The notes below the pieces were generated by a model, which was given only the letters and a program-made list of their open reading frames with translations, was not told the DNA's origin and ran no database searches. Source: an uncultured Candidatus Micrarchaeota archaeon (GTDB taxonomy: Archaea > Micrarchaeota > Micrarchaeia > Burarchaeales > Fermentimicrarchaeaceae). From it: a stretch of 39,388 bases of DNA. Of this stretch, positions 26,346 through 36,174 are shown one piece after another; the stretch's first letter is position 1, and the number at the start of each line of letters is the position of its first letter. The stretch lies in the NCBI GenBank assembly GCA_963760615.1, contig CAVXDX010000011.1, forward strand, positions 1 through 39,388, read 5' to 3'. Position numbers and translations under genes: made by a program.

Positions 26346-27923
26346 CTATTTCTCGAACATCTTCTCCATGAACTTAATGAAAGCAGGCCTTGTGACTCCT
26401 GTGCTTATCATCATCTCGACTATTCCCGAGATTGCGAAGCCAATTATCTCAACCAGCCCCGAGAAGAGAAGCGGCACCAGGGCGATTACTGCCACAAGCA
26501 TGCCGACTATAACTATGAAGAATGCCCGCGATATCCCAACCTTTACACCGCGCTCCTCGTCCTCATCCTCCTCCCTGCCGTGGAGTATCTCATCTGTTAT
26601 GACTATCTGGTCGTTCACTCCAGTACCAGTTGCGCCTATAACTCCTGCCATAACTCCAAGGTCAATTGTCCCAAGCAAGGTTCCAACAATGGAGAGGGTG
26701 AGAATCATCTCAAGAAGAATGGTTGCAATTATCGGCAGCACTATCCTAGGCTCTCTGTAGCGGAGGAATATGAGGAAGGAAACAACAAATGCGGAGAGGA
26801 ATGCACCAATTGCGCTGTAACGCAGAAAGTCTGCTCCGAGCGGGGCGGGTATTGTTGTGGGCGTGCCTATGAGTATTCTCACTGGCAGGGCTCCACCGCT
26901 CAGTATGCTTTTGAGCTTCCTTGACTCATCCAGCGCAGCCTGTTGTTTCTGCTCATAGGTCAAAGCTCTTGGCGCGAAACCGTTAACCTCGTAGAACTGG
27001 TTTACCCTCCCTTCTGTGATATCCTTGCTGAGCACAGGTGCGGAGAGAAGGTTTGCTGCGCCCCAGCCATTCACAGCCATGCTTCCCTCTGCAGTAGTGT
27101 AGAAGCTGGGCCTCATCTCCTCAGGAGTTTTGTTCATCAGCTCGTAGTTCATCTTCCGCAGCTCCCTCACAACGGCAGGGTCTGCTTCCTGGGATATCAC
27201 CACTCTTCTCTTTGTGTTGTTGAGCGACGCAATTGTTTTGTTCACCAATGCGAAGTCATCCTCTATGAATACTGGGATTGAATCATTCTGCTTGTCAGCA
27301 GTCTTCTCAAGAATTTTGATGGCTTCGGCCTCACTGATTGTAAGATTCCCGTACAGCAGGTCACTCCTCTTGATGACAACTATGGAGCTGTCAGGCCTGT
27401 CGAGAAACATGTAGACTGGGTAGTTGGATTTCCCGTAGACAACTGTAGCAAACTTTCTGGCGGCTTCCTGCGTTATTGCAAATGAGACAGCCCATCTCAC
27501 GTCATTTCCCTGTATTGTGGGCTGCGCCTGCATTATGCTGCCTGGCATTATATCGGCACCTGAGACTGCAACCTTCCCGTCAACTATGCCCTCAAAGTTT
27601 CCCTGCTGCTTGAGTATCTTCTCAATGTCTTCAATATAGGATGCATCCCCATTTGGCAGCTCCACATATACCTCGGAGTTTCCTATTCCCTTCACCACAA
27701 CCTGTGACATGCCGTATTTTGTCACCCTGAGCTTTATTGTATTTACTATATCGCTCATGACAAGCTGGTTCACCGGCTTCTCCAGTGAGATTGGTATCCT
27801 GATCCCGCCCTGGAACTCCAGCCCGAAGTGCAGCCCAACTGTGAGCACCAGCACGGCTCCTATTGCTATCAGCGCAAACAGCGCAAGTATCCTCCACTCT
27901 TTCAAAAGCTCGCGGTATTTCAT
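26346..27923 (-). CDS. secD: Preprotein translocase subunit SecD (archaeal type)
   Basis: GLHFGLEFQGG, LKSILSGGALP, IGATGTGVNDQIVITDE, TRPAF. Confidence 0.92.
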   Translation of the reverse strand: MKYRELLKEWRILALFALIAIGAVLVLTVGLHFGLEFQGGIRIPISLEKPVNQLVMSDIVNTIKLRVTKYGMSQVVVKGIGNSEVYVELPNGDASYIEDIEKILKQQGNFEGIVDGKVAVSGADIMPGSIMQAQPTIQGNDVRWAVSFAITQEAARKFATVVYGKSNYPVYMFLDRPDSSIVVIKRSDLLYGNLTISEAEAIKILEKTADKQNDSIPVFIEDDFALVNKTIASLNNTKRRVVISQEADPAVVRELRKMNYELMNKTPEEMRPSFYTTAEGSMAVNGWGAANLLSAPVLSKDITEGRVNQFYEVNGFAPRALTYEQKQQAALDESRKLKSILSGGALPVRILIGTPTTIPAPLGADFLRYSAIGAFLSAFVVSFLIFLRYREPRIVLPIIATILLEMILTLSIVGTLLGTIDLGVMAGVIGATGTGVNDQIVITDEILHGREEDEDEERGVKVGISRAFFIVIVGMLVAVIALVPLLFSGLVEIIGFAISGIVEMMISTGVTRPAFIKFMEKMFEK

Positions 27924-29101
27924 TTGTTCACACCACTCTTCCTCTCAGCAAACCAAAGGATTATCACGGCATTTGTGCCCCATGTTGCAAATATGTCCCC
28001 AACAAGCCCGAATATTAGAACTGAGGCTATCTGGTAGTATGTGCTTATCTGAGTCACTATTGAGAGTATGAGCAGAGCGGAGTAACCAAGTATTGAGACA
28101 CCTGCCATCATGACACCTGTTTTCATTGCCCCGTAAGCCCTGTCCCGTGTAGTTCCCTCAGTTCTTTTGGTCACTCTTGTCGTCAGAAGTATATCAGTAT
28201 CCAGTGAAAAGCCTATGAGCATGAGAAGCGCTGCCACTGAGGCAAGGGTGAGAGGCACCTGAAACAGACCCATGCCGCCCATGGCTATGATTATATCGCT
28301 AAATGCACCTGCCATGACTGCCAGTGAGGGGCCTAGGGAGCGGAATATTATTATAACAAGCGCTGCGGTAAGCACGAACGACCAGACAACCGTCGACTCG
28401 GTGCTGCTGATGAAGAACTCGCTGAGGGATGGGCTAACATCCTCCAGGCTGAATTCATCAACCTTCATCTGTGCGCTTATCACTGAGAGTATCTTATCGC
28501 TGTATTTCTGCTTTGCAGTTGTGGATGTGTTTGCAAGCAGGCTCTCAAGAGTTGTGGTATCTGTCGAATTGCTCCTGTCTATTTTGCCAAGAAAAAACTC
28601 ATAGTCGTTTATGACCGAATCAGCAATTGAATTCATCTCACCAGTTGCTTTTGGGAGCCTCGCCTGGGCATCGGCCAGACTTCCCTGAATCAGGTCCTTA
28701 TCAGACTGGGAGAGGTTGCCCTGCTGCAGACTTGAAGTGAACCGAGAGATATCGTACTGGAGGCCGTTCACCTCCTCAACTTTGGCGTAGAAGTCCTTCA
28801 TGTCCTTCTCACCTGCAGCTATCCTCTCATTCTGCTCCAGCTCTATCTCAACCTTGCTTTCAAGAGGGTTCTGCAGCCTGCTTATGGAGACCTCCTTCAC
28901 CCCAAGCTCCCTCTGCAGCGCTGTTGTGAGTGCATCATTGCTGAATGAGCTGTTCGTCTTTACTGTTACAAGGGTGCCTCCCCTAAGATCCAAACCTGTG
29001 GGAATTTTTGGTATGAAATACAAGGAGAGTAGTATGAGCAGGATTGGCGGTATGATGAGTAGCTTGTAATTCTTGGTTTTATACGGATTAGGCAGTTCCA
29101 T
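27920..29101 (-). CDS. secF: Preprotein translocase subunit SecF (archaeal type) with enlarged extracellular domain
   Basis: YKLLIIPP, GLDLRGG, ASVAALLMLIGFSLDTDILLTTRV. Start at ATG 29101; the ORF-track N-terminal 157 aa are antisense to the epimerase. Confidence 0.92.
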   Translation of the reverse strand: MELPNPYKTKNYKLLIIPPILLILLSLYFIPKIPTGLDLRGGTLVTVKTNSSFSNDALTTALQRELGVKEVSISRLQNPLESKVEIELEQNERIAAGEKDMKDFYAKVEEVNGLQYDISRFTSSLQQGNLSQSDKDLIQGSLADAQARLPKATGEMNSIADSVINDYEFFLGKIDRSNSTDTTTLESLLANTSTTAKQKYSDKILSVISAQMKVDEFSLEDVSPSLSEFFISSTESTVVWSFVLTAALVIIIFRSLGPSLAVMAGAFSDIIIAMGGMGLFQVPLTLASVAALLMLIGFSLDTDILLTTRVTKRTEGTTRDRAYGAMKTGVMMAGVSILGYSALLILSIVTQISTYYQIASVLIFGLVGDIFATWGTNAVIILWFAERKSGVNK

Positions 29102-29182
29102 CTGTTCACTCTCAGATGTATGATTTGGAGCAGTAGATTTAATAATAATTCTGGTAATATAAAACATTAAAGGAGTGATTTT

Positions 29183-30109
29183 ATGGGCAGGGTACTTGTG
29201 ACTGGCGGGGCGGGATTTATAGGAAGCAACATCTCCAAAAAACTGGTTGAAATGGGGCATGATGTTACAGTTGTTGACAACCTGTTTCTTGGCAGGAAGA
29301 ACAACCTTGAGAGGCTGAAGCTGAAATTCTACAGAATTGACCTGCGGGATAAGAAGGAGACTGACAGGCTCTTTAGAAAGGGCAGGTTTGAGTACGTTTT
29401 CCACGAGGCTGCCTGCAGCAGCGCGCCGATGTTTGACAACGACCCGCGCTATGCAGTGGATGTGAATGTGAGAGGTTTTATGAATGTTCTGCAGGGTTCC
29501 AAGGAGAATGGGGTGGAAAGGGTGATATATGCAGGAAGCAGCTCCGTATACCATGATTTGACTCCGCCGCATATTGAGAGCATGGCGATCACTCCAAAAT
29601 CGTTCTACACAATATCAAAGTATGTCACGGAGATATGCGCCAGACAGTACATGGATGAGTACGGGCTGGAGAGCATCGGGATGAGGTATTTTTCAGTCTA
29701 CGGGCCGAATGAGCTCCATAAGGGCAGATTCGCCAACATAATTTCCCAATTCCTCTGGGTTATGAAGAAAGGCCAGAGGCCTGTCATATATGGAGATGGC
29801 AAGCAGGCGAGAGATTTCACCTATGTTGACGATGTTGTTGACGCCAATCTGAGAGCAATGAGGGCTGGCAAGGCAGGGGAAGTGTACAACATAGGCACTG
29901 GTGACATGACAACATTCAACCAAGTGGTTGAGCTGCTCAATCTATTCCTTGGTAAGAGGATAAAGCCGAAGTACATACCGAACCCTGTGCACAACTATGT
30001 GCCCCTGACAGTGGCAAGCACCGAGAAAGCGCGCAGGGAGCTGGGGTTTGTGAGCAGGTACACGCTGAATGAAGGAATAGAGAAACTGGTTGAGTTCTAT
30101 TCAAGGTAG
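29183..30109 (+). CDS. NAD-dependent nucleotide-sugar epimerase/dehydratase (extended SDR)
   Basis: VTGGAGFIGS, AGSSSVY, YTISK, RYFSVYGP, RDFTYVDD, YNIGTG. GGAGTGA RBS. Confidence 0.93.
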   Translation: MGRVLVTGGAGFIGSNISKKLVEMGHDVTVVDNLFLGRKNNLERLKLKFYRIDLRDKKETDRLFRKGRFEYVFHEAACSSAPMFDNDPRYAVDVNVRGFMNVLQGSKENGVERVIYAGSSSVYHDLTPPHIESMAITPKSFYTISKYVTEICARQYMDEYGLESIGMRYFSVYGPNELHKGRFANIISQFLWVMKKGQRPVIYGDGKQARDFTYVDDVVDANLRAMRAGKAGEVYNIGTGDMTTFNQVVELLNLFLGKRIKPKYIPNPVHNYVPLTVASTEKARRELGFVSRYTLNEGIEKLVEFYSR

Positions 30110-30117
30110 GCGGTTAT

Positions 30118-31029
30118 TTATTTGTTCAATTCCTCTTGGATTTGGTCAAGCAGCAGACCCGCCCTGCTCATCAAATCCTCTTTCACATCATCTCTGCTCA
30201 CAAGCTGATGAATCTCTGACCGATATTTTTTATATTCGTAGACCAGAAGTTCTATGAATGAACTCATGCCCACAAGCCATCCTGCCCTGACAGCAATATC
30301 TATGATAGCAAGAGGTGGGTTATAGGGGGGGAATTGTATTGGCTGCACGCGCGCAAGACTGGTAAAATAGTCCGAAGTACCGTCAATTAGTGCTTTGATT
30401 GGAGAATAGGGAAAGTTGTTTATTATGAATGCAGCACCTGAACTGGCAAACGCCTCAAGCCTGCTACCAAGAGCCGTGTTCAACCCCTCCTTGCTCCTTC
30501 TCTCGATTTCCGAGAACAGTTCATTGGTTTCTTTCATGAGATTTTTTATCTCCTTCTCCTGCACGCTCCCAGCGTGAGACCGTTTTAATTCCAGCGCTGA
30601 TATAAGCTTCGATTTACTGTCTTTGAGAAATCTGCTCTCGCTCTTTCCTAATTTTGAGTAGTGCCGTGTATTCGCATAGTTCTTTGCCACAGAGATGCTT
30701 TCTGAGGCTGCCAACCCAATCGCACCAGCTATTGCAGTTGGCTGGTGAAGGATAAGGTACAATGAAGCGGAGTCTGCTATACCTGCTGCGGCATTCAGTT
30801 TATTGCTAGGTTGCGCCTCATCTGAAAATCTGAAGAGAGAGTCTATGCTCTGCTGCAGCTCTTCCTTTGTTGGAAGTTTCACCTCATGCTCCACCTTCTG
30901 GCGTCTCCTGAGCGCTCCAGTTATTGCGCTGCTCAGGGTCCTTTCATGCAAACCTCGTATGTCTCTCTCTATTCCTGAGCTTTCTTGGTGGAACTCCTCT
31001 GAACTCTTTGTGATGCCAGCTTTATGCAT
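30118..31029 (-). CDS. Hypothetical alpha-helical protein with hydrophobic segments
   Basis: 303-aa ORF filling the gap between neighbours, with an AT-rich upstream region. No recognisable family motif. Confidence 0.65.
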   Translation of the reverse strand: MHKAGITKSSEEFHQESSGIERDIRGLHERTLSSAITGALRRRQKVEHEVKLPTKEELQQSIDSLFRFSDEAQPSNKLNAAAGIADSASLYLILHQPTAIAGAIGLAASESISVAKNYANTRHYSKLGKSESRFLKDSKSKLISALELKRSHAGSVQEKEIKNLMKETNELFSEIERRSKEGLNTALGSRLEAFASSGAAFIINNFPYSPIKALIDGTSDYFTSLARVQPIQFPPYNPPLAIIDIAVRAGWLVGMSSFIELLVYEYKKYRSEIHQLVSRDDVKEDLMSRAGLLLDQIQEELNK

Positions 31030-31112
31030 AGAATATTATTTGCATCTAAGTGATATAAAAGAGTTCTACTGGTGCTCGTCTGCAAGCTTGGAACCACCCT
31101 TTGACTTGGGAA

Positions 31113-34100
31113 TCACCCTGGACAGCCACCGCCGCAGGAGTCGCAGTTGGCTAAGGGATCCCCAGAGGGCCCATTGCCTGTTATGGTGTTGCCAATAAAT
31201 GTGTTAGGATCTGTGAATGCAACGGGATTGCCAGAGAGATCGACACACTTAACCCCATAGTTGCCGTTGGCTTGGATGGTGTTTGATGTGATTGTATTTC
31301 CATTGGTGTACTGGGGTGTGTTGGGGAATTCAAAGTGTATGCCTGACCCTAGGGAGCTGCTGGACACGGTGTTGCTGCTGATTTTAAGGGATGTGGAGTT
31401 AAAGATGTATACCCCATCATAGGTGTTGGAAGACACGTAATTGCCGGTCAGATTCAGTTGTGTTACGCCATCCAGGAAGATTCCGGCATCGTAGGCAGAT
31501 GATACAGTGTTGGAGGTTATTTTGTCATAAGTGGAGTTGCCATCTAATATGCCGGTGTAGGCACCGGATATGCTGTTTGCTGATATGGTGTTGTATTGAG
31601 GTGTTAGGCTTGTTATGTACTTGTATAGCTCAATGCCATTGGTCTTCTGTCCGCCCAATACTTGGGAAGTGGTAATAGTGTTATGGTCAATTATGCTGTT
31701 TTTCGAGTCCTGTAGAGATATGCCATTAGCAAAGTTGATGATGGTGCAGTTTTTGATGGTTGTAGTTAAATAGAAGCCATAGTTACTGCTGTATACTCCA
31801 AAGCTGTTGGCAGTTCCATCACCAATCAGTGCATGCCCATCGCAGTCAAGAACAGAAGATGTACCAGTGATATAGAAGCATGCCGCGTACCCAGGACCAG
31901 AGGTGTACTTATAGTCTGTTGTTAGCTTGAGGTAACCAGCGATGTAGGTATGCGGGCAAGGTGTTGGTGCGGGAGCTCCTGACGTGCAGGTGCCTCCGTG
32001 GGTAGCTCCAAGTACGCCATCACAGGGAGCGGTGCATGTTATCGGGTTGCAGGTGCTGCAGTCATCGACAGAATTGTCGCTTACCTGATCCAATGAAAAG
32101 TCTGCAATTGCCCCGTAATATTTGTCACCGGGGTTGGAACAGTTGACACCGTAGGTGTTGTACTGTATGTTGTTGGAAGCAAGATTGGCGTAGTTGTGTT
32201 GCCATACTCGGATGCCTTCCACGTTGCTGCGAATGTTATTGCCTGTTATGGTGTTGTGGTGATTTGTATACGGGCAGAATGCGGGGGGTGCGTAGCAGTC
32301 GTCATCAGCCACCTGTATGCCAACTGGGTTATTATGAACGTAGTTATTCACGATATTTGTATACGATACATAGGGGTCAATGTTTATTCCTATCCCAACG
32401 TTTCCTCCGTCGCGGTATACTCGATAGATTTCATTGCCGTATATGTATGTGTTTTTTGGAGGTGAAGATGGGCATGAAATAGATGAGGGGCACGAGCTCG
32501 TAACATCAATGCCATATGCGACGCAATCATGGATTTTATTGTTGAGTATCTGGGCGTTGCTTCCGTATACAATAAGGCAAGATGTTCCAGGCCCATTTGA
32601 GATATCCATTCCCTGCACAATTGCATTGTCCGAGGCGATGCTCGGTCCCAGAATGCCAAGCCAGGGAACTTGGCCGGCCTGTCTGATGGTGCTGTTCATT
32701 GCTGTGAAGCTGGAGCCGGCATTATTGACTAATGGGAAATTGGGTACGCCGACGTTGCAATGTGTGATGCACTTATAACACCGTTGTCCCGGTCCTGTTT
32801 CTCTGCCGCTACTAGGGCTAGCGGGGTTAAAAGGGTTGCTAACACAGTATGCATCCCCTTCGCAGCAGTCAAGGAAGGTTGTGTTGCATACCAGGGCAGA
32901 AGGCTGGCCGTTCGTATCCTCAATCATATTGAACGTGCCACTATTGTATAATCCTCCTGGACCTGAAAGGGAATGCCCAGAACATGAGAAGTTTATTGTG
33001 GCGCCTCTCAGTGTCAGGCTGGCGCCGGGGTCTATTATTATTCTGCCAGTGACGTTGATTGTTTTGTTCCAGCAGAACACATCTGTCGTAATATGCCAGT
33101 CGCCGTCGACATAGTCCGGGCATCCTCCGCTTCCGCTGCAGTCCTGGCTCTGGACAGACCTGGTTTGCGTGAAGAGAACCTGTCCTGTGTTAGGATCTGC
33201 AACACTTGCAGTTAGCTGCAACTGCTCAACAGTTGTATCGCCAGTAAACGTCGTATTGGCATTGCCCCCGCTGATGTCAGTTGCAACAGGGTTTTGAGTG
33301 AATCTGCCATTGGAGGAGTTTTTGCCAAAGGTCACAATATAGCCAGACATTGGATTGCCATTCTGGTCCCGGAGCGTTGCTGTCAAATCCAGGCTTGTCC
33401 CATTGCAGAAGGAAGAAGGGGGATTGAAGATGAATGTTGCTGGGAGGGGTTCAAATTTGACAGTTGTTGTGTTTGAATGCCCCATGGCATTCGCAGTGAT
33501 GGCGGCAGTGCCTATGACATTTGAATATATCTGGGTTACAGCATATCCTCCATTGGTTGATATGGTGGAGAGCACGGTCAGTGTTCCAAGTGTTGTGGAG
33601 AAGGAAACAAGCACTCCATCAATTGGATTTCCGGTCGTGTCAAAAACCCGCGCAGTTATTGTGGAGGTAGTCAAGCCGTCAGGAATAACTCCTGTTGCGG
33701 GGTTTGCTGAGAGGCTGATAGAGCCAATGGAGCAGTCTGCAGGGCAGGTTGCTGGGTTCTCTCCAATCTGGGGTGAGCATATTCCGTCTCCGCAGTAAAG
33801 GGTTTCAGAGTAGGGCTCCATCTGGGTGATGACTGTGCCTGCTGAGGTTTGGTTGCTTGCAAAGGAGCAGTCGCCTGTTGTGAGGTAGTTTGGAGCTGTG
33901 AGGCAGTTCTGGTAGTTGAGCACTGGCTGGAGTTTTATGTTCTTGCCAATGGAGGGTATGAGACTCCTATCTGTTATGTTGATTATGCAGGTGAAAGTTG
34001 CGCCTTTCTTTATGATGGCAGGTGACATTGGTGAGCAGTTGCCAACATAGGTATTCTTGCCTGGCTTTCCAACATTCTCAACATTGAGGAGGATGGAGCC

Positions 34101-34355
34101 GTTGGAAAGTGAGATGTCGTAGCCCAAGTCGTTGGAAAGCTGGACTATGTAGGTGGCTCCTCCTGTTGCAGGGTTGGACTCAAGCTTGTAGGTTGTGCAT
34201 GGCAGTCCTGGCTCAAAGTTGCATTGCCTGGAAACAAACCTGAGTGGATCGAATACACCGTAGTAGAGCATAACCGCGGTAAGAATGAGAACGCAGACTA
34301 TGACCCAGCCGTATGTTGTGAGAAACTCGACGGCAACCTGAGCTTTTTTGTCCAT
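31113..34355 (-). CDS. Class III signal-peptide (pilin-like) giant surface protein with Ig-like and right-handed beta-helix (PbH1/NosD-like) domains
   Basis: MDKKAQ|VAVEFLTTYGW prepilin motif, CGDGICS..GENPATCPADC, two invasin/Big_1-like repeats, many N-x-I-x-x-N repeats. ATG 34355 follows a GGTGG RBS (GTG at 34364 is the alternative). Confidence 0.88.
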   Translation of the reverse strand: MDKKAQVAVEFLTTYGWVIVCVLILTAVMLYYGVFDPLRFVSRQCNFEPGLPCTTYKLESNPATGGATYIVQLSNDLGYDISLSNGSILLNVENVGKPGKNTYVGNCSPMSPAIIKKGATFTCIINITDRSLIPSIGKNIKLQPVLNYQNCLTAPNYLTTGDCSFASNQTSAGTVITQMEPYSETLYCGDGICSPQIGENPATCPADCSIGSISLSANPATGVIPDGLTTSTITARVFDTTGNPIDGVLVSFSTTLGTLTVLSTISTNGGYAVTQIYSNVIGTAAITANAMGHSNTTTVKFEPLPATFIFNPPSSFCNGTSLDLTATLRDQNGNPMSGYIVTFGKNSSNGRFTQNPVATDISGGNANTTFTGDTTVEQLQLTASVADPNTGQVLFTQTRSVQSQDCSGSGGCPDYVDGDWHITTDVFCWNKTINVTGRIIIDPGASLTLRGATINFSCSGHSLSGPGGLYNSGTFNMIEDTNGQPSALVCNTTFLDCCEGDAYCVSNPFNPASPSSGRETGPGQRCYKCITHCNVGVPNFPLVNNAGSSFTAMNSTIRQAGQVPWLGILGPSIASDNAIVQGMDISNGPGTSCLIVYGSNAQILNNKIHDCVAYGIDVTSSCPSSISCPSSPPKNTYIYGNEIYRVYRDGGNVGIGINIDPYVSYTNIVNNYVHNNPVGIQVADDDCYAPPAFCPYTNHHNTITGNNIRSNVEGIRVWQHNYANLASNNIQYNTYGVNCSNPGDKYYGAIADFSLDQVSDNSVDDCSTCNPITCTAPCDGVLGATHGGTCTSGAPAPTPCPHTYIAGYLKLTTDYKYTSGPGYAACFYITGTSSVLDCDGHALIGDGTANSFGVYSSNYGFYLTTTIKNCTIINFANGISLQDSKNSIIDHNTITTSQVLGGQKTNGIELYKYITSLTPQYNTISANSISGAYTGILDGNSTYDKITSNTVSSAYDAGIFLDGVTQLNLTGNYVSSNTYDGVYIFNSTSLKISSNTVSSSSLGSGIHFEFPNTPQYTNGNTITSNTIQANGNYGVKCVDLSGNPVAFTDPNTFIGNTITGNGPSGDPLANCDSCGGGCPG

Positions 34356-34436
34356 GGGAACCACCAGTTTAGCTTTAATTTGAGTTATATAAAAACCTAA
34401 CTGCCAAGTTGCTTTTGGTTACTTATATAAGCAGGG

Positions 34437-35006
34437 CTAATCCAGCGTGGAGTCGCTCCACAGGTATAGCCTCATTATAATGATGGAGTTATTGTATATG
34501 ACTATCCTGTCATCCTTGGCTATTGCTTTCACTGTCACGTCATTGTATTTGCTGCCTGCGGTCATGGCCGTTCTGTTTATGACTGGCTGCTCCAGATTGC
34601 TGTTGCTAGTGTTACGGAACTTGAACTCAATGTAGAAGTTATAATTCGACCGGAGCCTATTCTGTACGAATGAGTAGTTGGCCGAGCTCATATTGATTAG
34701 TTTGTAAACCTTGTCAAGCGAGAGGGAGTTGTTATCCCAGTTCTCAGCAAGCCCAATCTGCTGGACCTGCGACCAGGTGGACTGGTCTGATAGATTCACG
34801 AGGTTATTCCAGTTAATCGGTATGCCAGGTGACATGAGCACATCGCTGACCTTGATGGATTCACGGATGATGGCCTCCTTATCCTCAGACATATTGGTTC
34901 TCACGCTCCACCAGAAGAAGGCCAGAATAGCCATTGCCATAACGAAGAGGATTGAGCCGACTATCAGATCGTAGGACCACACCTGCCCTTTTTTACATGT
35001 AGCCAA
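34437..35006 (-). CDS. Class III signal-peptide pilin-like protein
   Basis: KKGQ|VWSYDLIVG followed by a hydrophobic helix, then VLMSPGIPINW...IGLA. TTG start preceded by a GGCGAT RBS-like element. Confidence 0.78.
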   Translation of the reverse strand: MATCKKGQVWSYDLIVGSILFVMAMAILAFFWWSVRTNMSEDKEAIIRESIKVSDVLMSPGIPINWNNLVNLSDQSTWSQVQQIGLAENWDNNSLSLDKVYKLINMSSANYSFVQNRLRSNYNFYIEFKFRNTSNSNLEQPVINRTAMTAGSKYNDVTVKAIAKDDRIVIYNNSIIIMRLYLWSDSTLD

Positions 35007-35135
35007 AATATCGCCAATATAGTTTTGTAAAATCGTATTTAAAGATATGCATTATCGGGAATTAGAAAATATTGGAAACGTTTATATAGAATCAATTACT
35101 ATACTAAAAAATAGTTTCAATGGAGGTGCTCATGT

Positions 35136-36173
35136 ATGGAATCAATAATACAGGAAGCTCTCAAGGAGTCTAGCAGTGAAGTTGGCGGCGACCTTGCTGT
35201 TCCTAGAATAGTTGTCATGGGGGTTGGCGGGGCTGGCTGCAACACCATAAACAGGCTTGCCAAGGCCGGAATAAAAGGTGCTGAGCTCATAGCTGTCAAC
35301 ACTGATAAGAAGCACCTCTCGATAATTTCAGAAAGCGCAAAGAGAGTCCTCATCGGGCAGAGCATAACTCGGGGTCTGGGGGCAGGCGGATACCCGGAAG
35401 TTGCGCTGAAGGCTGTTGAGGCATCCCGGCAGGAGCTTGAGACCATACTTGCGGATACTCACCTGCTCTTCATAGCTGCCGGCATGGGAGGGGGAACCGG
35501 CACAGGCGCAGCCCCAGCAATAGCGGATTTGGCAAAGCAGCAGGGCGCCATCGTTGTTGCAATGGTGACATACCCGTTCGAGCTTGAGAGGGCGAGGCTG
35601 AAGAAGGCTGAGGCCGGCATAGAGGCTCTGAGGAGGGCTGCTGACACAATAATTGTTATAGACAACAACAGGCTTGTTGAGTTTTTCCCGAACCTGCCCA
35701 TAGACAGGGCGTTCAATGTTGCCGATGAGATAACTGCAAGGGCTGTGCGGGGAATAACGGAAACTATAACCACACCTAGCCTGATAAACATAGACTTTGC
35801 AGATGTGAGAGCTATAATGGGGGGCGGGGGAGTTTCCATGATAGCTGTGGGAGAGGCGAAGGGAACAGACAGGGTGCAGGAGCTTGTCAAGAATACACTG
35901 CACCACAGGCTGCTGGATGTTGATTACAGAGGGGCAACAGGCGTGCTTCTGCATCTTACCGGCGGAGGGGATATGACCCTTGGTGAGGCAAACCAGATCG
36001 GTGAGCTTCTCACAGAGGAGGTTGAGCCAACGGCAAATGTAATATGGGGCGCGAGGCTTGACGCCAGCTATGAGGGAAGGATAGAAGCCATAGCAATATT
36101 CACTGGTATAAAGAGCCCATACATTGTTGGCAAGCCGAAAAGGGAGTCAGGATGGAGTCTGGGTGAAGTCTGA
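35136..36173 (+). CDS. ftsZ: Cell division protein FtsZ (FtsZ2-like)
   Basis: [65 protein letters not shown]. Confidence 0.97.
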   Translation: MESIIQEALKESSSEVGGDLAVPRIVVMGVGGAGCNTINRLAKAGIKGAELIAVNTDKKHLSIISESAKRVLIGQSITRGLGAGGYPEVALKAVEASRQELETILADTHLLFIAAGMGGGTGTGAAPAIADLAKQQGAIVVAMVTYPFELERARLKKAEAGIEALRRAADTIIVIDNNRLVEFFPNLPIDRAFNVADEITARAVRGITETITTPSLINIDFADVRAIMGGGGVSMIAVGEAKGTDRVQELVKNTLHHRLLDVDYRGATGVLLHLTGGGDMTLGEANQIGELLTEEVEPTANVIWGARLDASYEGRIEAIAIFTGIKSPYIVGKPKRESGWSLGEV

Positions 36174-36174
36174 T

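Noticed and set aside
29102-29572. N-terminal 157-aa extension of SecF in the ORF track
   Set aside because: It overlaps the divergent epimerase gene and its promoter. SecF homology starts at MELPNPYK (29101).
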